From an uncultured Candidatus Saccharibacteria bacterium (GTDB taxonomy: Bacteria > Patescibacteriota > Dojkabacteria > SC72), in the NCBI GenBank assembly GCA_964526165.1, contig CAZGKK010000001.1:1-48604 (forward strand): DNA of 48,604 nt. Direction: 5' to 3'. How positions within the stretch are numbered: position 1 is the stretch's first letter; each line of letters starts with the position of its first letter. Below, in pieces: positions 45,443-48,604 of this stretch. A model generated the notes under the pieces. It ran no database searches and was not told where the DNA came from. It saw only the letters and a program-made list of their open reading frames with translations. The position numbers and the translations under genes are program-made.

Positions 45443-46042
45443 CTAGAAACCTCCCTTTAGAACAACTGAGTCCTTAAGTAAATCAATATTCTTTATTGTT
45501 TTACCTAAAAATCCGTTTTCCACTACCAATAGTAGTGCATCGCTAATACCTTTATTTATTTTCTCCAAAACCCCTTTTGAGAATATCTCGGGCACTTTGA
45601 AATCTCCTACATACAAATTTCTTGAATACAGCTCTGCTGTCTCTCTACTATCCTTGTGAATATCAACTGCGAACCATGGTAATTGTAAAAATTCAAATTT
45701 TGAATGTATATATATTTTCCATACTCCACTTCCAGATTCAAGACAAAGATCTTGAATGTTACCACCAGAAACAGTAGACAGTGAATCTTTCAATAGAAAA
45801 AGCATCTCTTTTTTTGTAAAGGTAACAAATTCTGAAAAAATATCTGACAAAACGAAATTCTTTATCTTTTCTAATATATTCATATCACTTTGGACAGAAA
45901 CCACCTCTTCATCAGAAGTACAAATTATATTTTCATTCTTTACAAAATCCTTTTCCCAAGATGAATACCGAAAGAAAACATATCCCAAAAAAAGAACAAA
46001 TAATACAAAAATTGCTAGAAAGAAATACAGTACTTTTTTCAT
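45443..46042 (-). CDS. Hypothetical membrane-anchored protein
   Basis: 199 aa. N-terminal TM (VLYFFLAIFVLFVLFLGYVFF). No recognised motif. Sits 2 nt downstream of murJ. Confidence 0.45.
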   Translation of the reverse strand: MKKVLYFFLAIFVLFVLFLGYVFFRYSSWEKDFVKNENIICTSDEEVVSVQSDMNILEKIKNFVLSDIFSEFVTFTKKEMLFLLKDSLSTVSGGNIQDLCLESGSGVWKIYIHSKFEFLQLPWFAVDIHKDSRETAELYSRNLYVGDFKVPEIFSKGVLEKINKGISDALLLVVENGFLGKTIKNIDLLKDSVVLKGGF

Positions 46043-46044
46043 AG

Positions 46045-47847
46045 TTAGAATTTTTTAAATATCTTTTTCCAATAATACACAATCTTTTCCTCAAAAAACT
46101 CAATCTCTTTAATTCCAAAAATCTTTGCTCCTAGCCAATATGAAAGAAGACCATATGAAGAAGTTGCTATGGTCAAGATAATGATAGAAATTGTTCTAGA
46201 GGTATCGAGCTTGAAATCGAACAATCTAAAGACTAGATACATCCCAAAGGACATTAATCCTGCATTTAGAAGTTTTGAAAACATCGGCTTAAGTGTGTCT
46301 TTCATAGAAAATACTTTGGTTTTTTTGTTTAGAATTGCCATAAGGATAAATATCTCAACAAAAGCCGCAATGCTAAGGCTTAATGACAAACCACCAACAG
46401 CCATATCTGAAGTTCCCCTTGTTGTACACCAAACTAAAATGTCCCTAAAGAATGATTTAATCACTTCAAACAAACCGTTACCATTTGCAGTGGAAATTTG
46501 ATGGCCAATTTGTTGAAGAATTGGTCTCCAATCGTAATAATGGCTGAAGAAATTTGTCAGAAGGAATGCAAAGGCAATATTAACAAATATTCCAATACCC
46601 AGGGCTAACAAGGGAAGCCAAGTAGACTTAAGGGCGTAAAATGCTCTAAGTAAAATTTGCGACAATGTCTGTCCAAGAATGGCAAAAGAAAGAAGAGCTA
46701 AACACCAAGCAGTGAGAAGTGTTGCTCTCCAGTCAAATTCTCCTACTCCGTAAACTAATCTAACAATTGGAAGTCGAAGAATCATTAATATCGCTACTAA
46801 AGGCAGAACCAAGAAAAGAGCCTGATGCAATGCTTTGTTAAGTATACCTTTGAATTCCTCTGGCTCATCAGCACTTTCTGATAGCTCTGGAAGAACGGCT
46901 TGTGCGATCGCACTTCCAATAATATTCACTGGGAAAAGATACAAACTTAAAGCAAATTTATATGAACTTAACGCTCCAGCCTCTAAAGAAAAACTAATAA
47001 TGGTGTTAACAATAACATTAATTTGCTCTCCTAAAGTTGAGAGCATCTTAGGTACAGCCAACTTCAATGCCTTCCAAATCTTTTGATCTTGAATAGCATT
47101 AACAAACCCCTTTATAGACATCCTGACTTTTTCTACAAAGTATTTCTTCAGAGAAGGAATTTGTATTAAGAAATGAAGAAGGGACCCTAACAATGCAGAT
47201 AGAGCAATGCCAGTTACATCCATTTTAAGAATTACAACAAAAAAAATTGGTCCCAATACCATTGCAAAGTTATATATCAAAGGAGCTAGTGAGGTGACAA
47301 AAAATTGCCTTCGCGCTTGAAGATAACCAGTAACGATTGTGCTAATCCCGAGTAATACTGGTGAAATCATCATTATTCTTGTAAGTTTTACAAACAATTC
47401 AAGATCATTTGGAGTTATCCTATTTGAGAAATTTGAAATATTTTGAAGAAAATCAGAGTTAATGAGAAATCTTGATATCTGGGGTGTAAATGCAAACAAA
47501 ATTAAAGCGATAAATACTACCAACGAACTGACTGCGATCATCAAGTTAACAAAGAATTTGTTTAATTCCTTTTCCCCATCACTTCTAAAGACTCCTGAGA
47601 AAAGAGGTATTATTGCGGCATTTAATGAGCCCGCAATAATTATCATAAATAATGTATCCGGGATAGTGAAAGCAGCCCAAAAGATATCTAATTCATGGGT
47701 AGCACCAAAGAGTTGTGCAATTATTCTTAACTTTAGAAAACCTAATATCTTCGTTAGAAAGAGTAGGACCATCATGGCGTAAATGCTATTCCTTTTTTTC
47801 ACAACTTCAGCCATAAATATTCTACTTAAATATGTGCCTAATATCAT
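46045..47847 (-). CDS. murJ: Lipid II flippase MurJ (MviN family)
   Basis: 600 aa, about 14 TM helices. N-terminal KILGFLKLRIIAQLFGATHELDIFWAAFTIPD is typical of MurJ. Confidence 0.85.
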   Translation of the reverse strand: MILGTYLSRIFMAEVVKKRNSIYAMMVLLFLTKILGFLKLRIIAQLFGATHELDIFWAAFTIPDTLFMIIIAGSLNAAIIPLFSGVFRSDGEKELNKFFVNLMIAVSSLVVFIALILFAFTPQISRFLINSDFLQNISNFSNRITPNDLELFVKLTRIMMISPVLLGISTIVTGYLQARRQFFVTSLAPLIYNFAMVLGPIFFVVILKMDVTGIALSALLGSLLHFLIQIPSLKKYFVEKVRMSIKGFVNAIQDQKIWKALKLAVPKMLSTLGEQINVIVNTIISFSLEAGALSSYKFALSLYLFPVNIIGSAIAQAVLPELSESADEPEEFKGILNKALHQALFLVLPLVAILMILRLPIVRLVYGVGEFDWRATLLTAWCLALLSFAILGQTLSQILLRAFYALKSTWLPLLALGIGIFVNIAFAFLLTNFFSHYYDWRPILQQIGHQISTANGNGLFEVIKSFFRDILVWCTTRGTSDMAVGGLSLSLSIAAFVEIFILMAILNKKTKVFSMKDTLKPMFSKLLNAGLMSFGMYLVFRLFDFKLDTSRTISIIILTIATSSYGLLSYWLGAKIFGIKEIEFFEEKIVYYWKKIFKKF

Positions 47848-47928
47848 ATTCTATCGAGAGATATTAATCAATTCCAATAAGCATTAATTATTTAACCAAT
47901 AATTAATAGATTATAGGTATGCTTCATT

Positions 47929-48604
47929 ATGAATATCCTTGATTTGTTTTTTCCTAAATCTTGCACCATCTGTTCTAAACAAGGAGAATATATTTGTAAG
48001 GAGTGTAAAAAATTATTTAAAAGAACACTCCCAGAGTGTTACATCTGTAGAAAAATTTCTCCACAATATCTTACTCATAATTACTGTAAAAGGGAGTTTT
48101 CATTAGATTCGGTAATTGTATTATGGGAATATAACGAACTTAGCTCAACCATACTAAAGAAGTATAAGTACGGAGGAGTATATGATGTTAGGATTACTCT
48201 TTCGAATATAGTTAGGGAGAGGTTAAGGGAGATAATAAATAACTTAACAATATGTAGAAACTCCCTTGTTTGTCCAGTACCTATTTCAAGGGGAAGATTA
48301 AGGGAGAGAGGCTTTAACCAAACAGAAGAATTAGGAAAGATAGTGGCACAGGAATTTCATTGTCTTTATTCTAAAGATCTAATTGCGAAAAAAGACAGTG
48401 ACAATACACATCAATCCTTACTGGACAAGGAAGAAAGATTAAGTCACAAAGAGCATTTTTATATTCTTAATGTTGAATTGTTAAATTCCCTTTCAGAAAT
48501 AATAATTGTTGACGATGTAATTACTACTGGTTCTACTTTAGAACAGATCACAAAATGTATTAAGAAAGTAGTTCCCAAGATGTCCGTAAAATCAATATGT
48601 ATAT
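47929..48604 (+). CDS. comF: ComF-family protein (ComFC/amidophosphoribosyltransferase-like), 3' end beyond the window
   Basis: Not in the ORF track because it is open at the window end. ATG at 47929. N-terminal zinc-finger cysteines (CTIC...CKEC...CYIC) and the PRTase motif IIIVDDVITTGSTL near 48500-48545. Confidence 0.75.
   Translation, partial: MNILDLFFPKSCTICSKQGEYICKECKKLFKRTLPECYICRKISPQYLTHNYCKREFSLDSVIVLWEYNELSSTILKKYKYGGVYDVRITLSNIVRERLREIINNLTICRNSLVCPVPISRGRLRERGFNQTEELGKIVAQEFHCLYSKDLIAKKDSDNTHQSLLDKEERLSHKEHFYILNVELLNSLSEIIIVDDVITTGSTLEQITKCIKKVVPKMSVKSICI

Overview
AT-rich (about one-third GC by eye), very gene-dense bacterial chromosome segment using the standard code (TGA ends well-conserved ORFs). 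The gene content looks like a small-genome CPR/Patescibacteria-type organism; this is inference from compact IF-2 and AlaRS, a stand-alone form II/III-like RuBisCO, sortase plus large surface proteins, a PrgI/VirB4 module and almost no Shine-Dalgarno sequences. Most of the window is core housekeeping: rsmE, an rRNA m5C methyltransferase, nusA-infB-[rbcL]-rpsO-pnp, dnaJ, alaS-ruvX-mltG-LCP-holA, rpsT, lepA-recF, folD-glyA-thyX-like-dcd, groES-groEL, murJ and comF. Accessory content includes a Phd/PIN toxin-antitoxin pair and three large bitopic surface proteins with low-complexity tails. It also includes a tightly coupled PrgI-like / unknown / VirB4-like ATPase / small-ORF operon, flanked by a nucleotidyltransferase and a protease-less Lon AAA+ module. 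I recognised no rRNA, tRNA, CRISPR array, transposase or integrase. The best candidates for a second look are: (1) the minimal T4SS-like module at 29.6-33.8 kb; (2) RuBisCO inserted into the conserved nusA-infB...rpsO-pnp block; (3) the unusual two-direct-plus-one-inverted repeat structure just upstream of it at 6.95-7.24 kb. I cannot point to a clearly novel system with confidence. All product calls come from motif recognition by eye; no database search was run.
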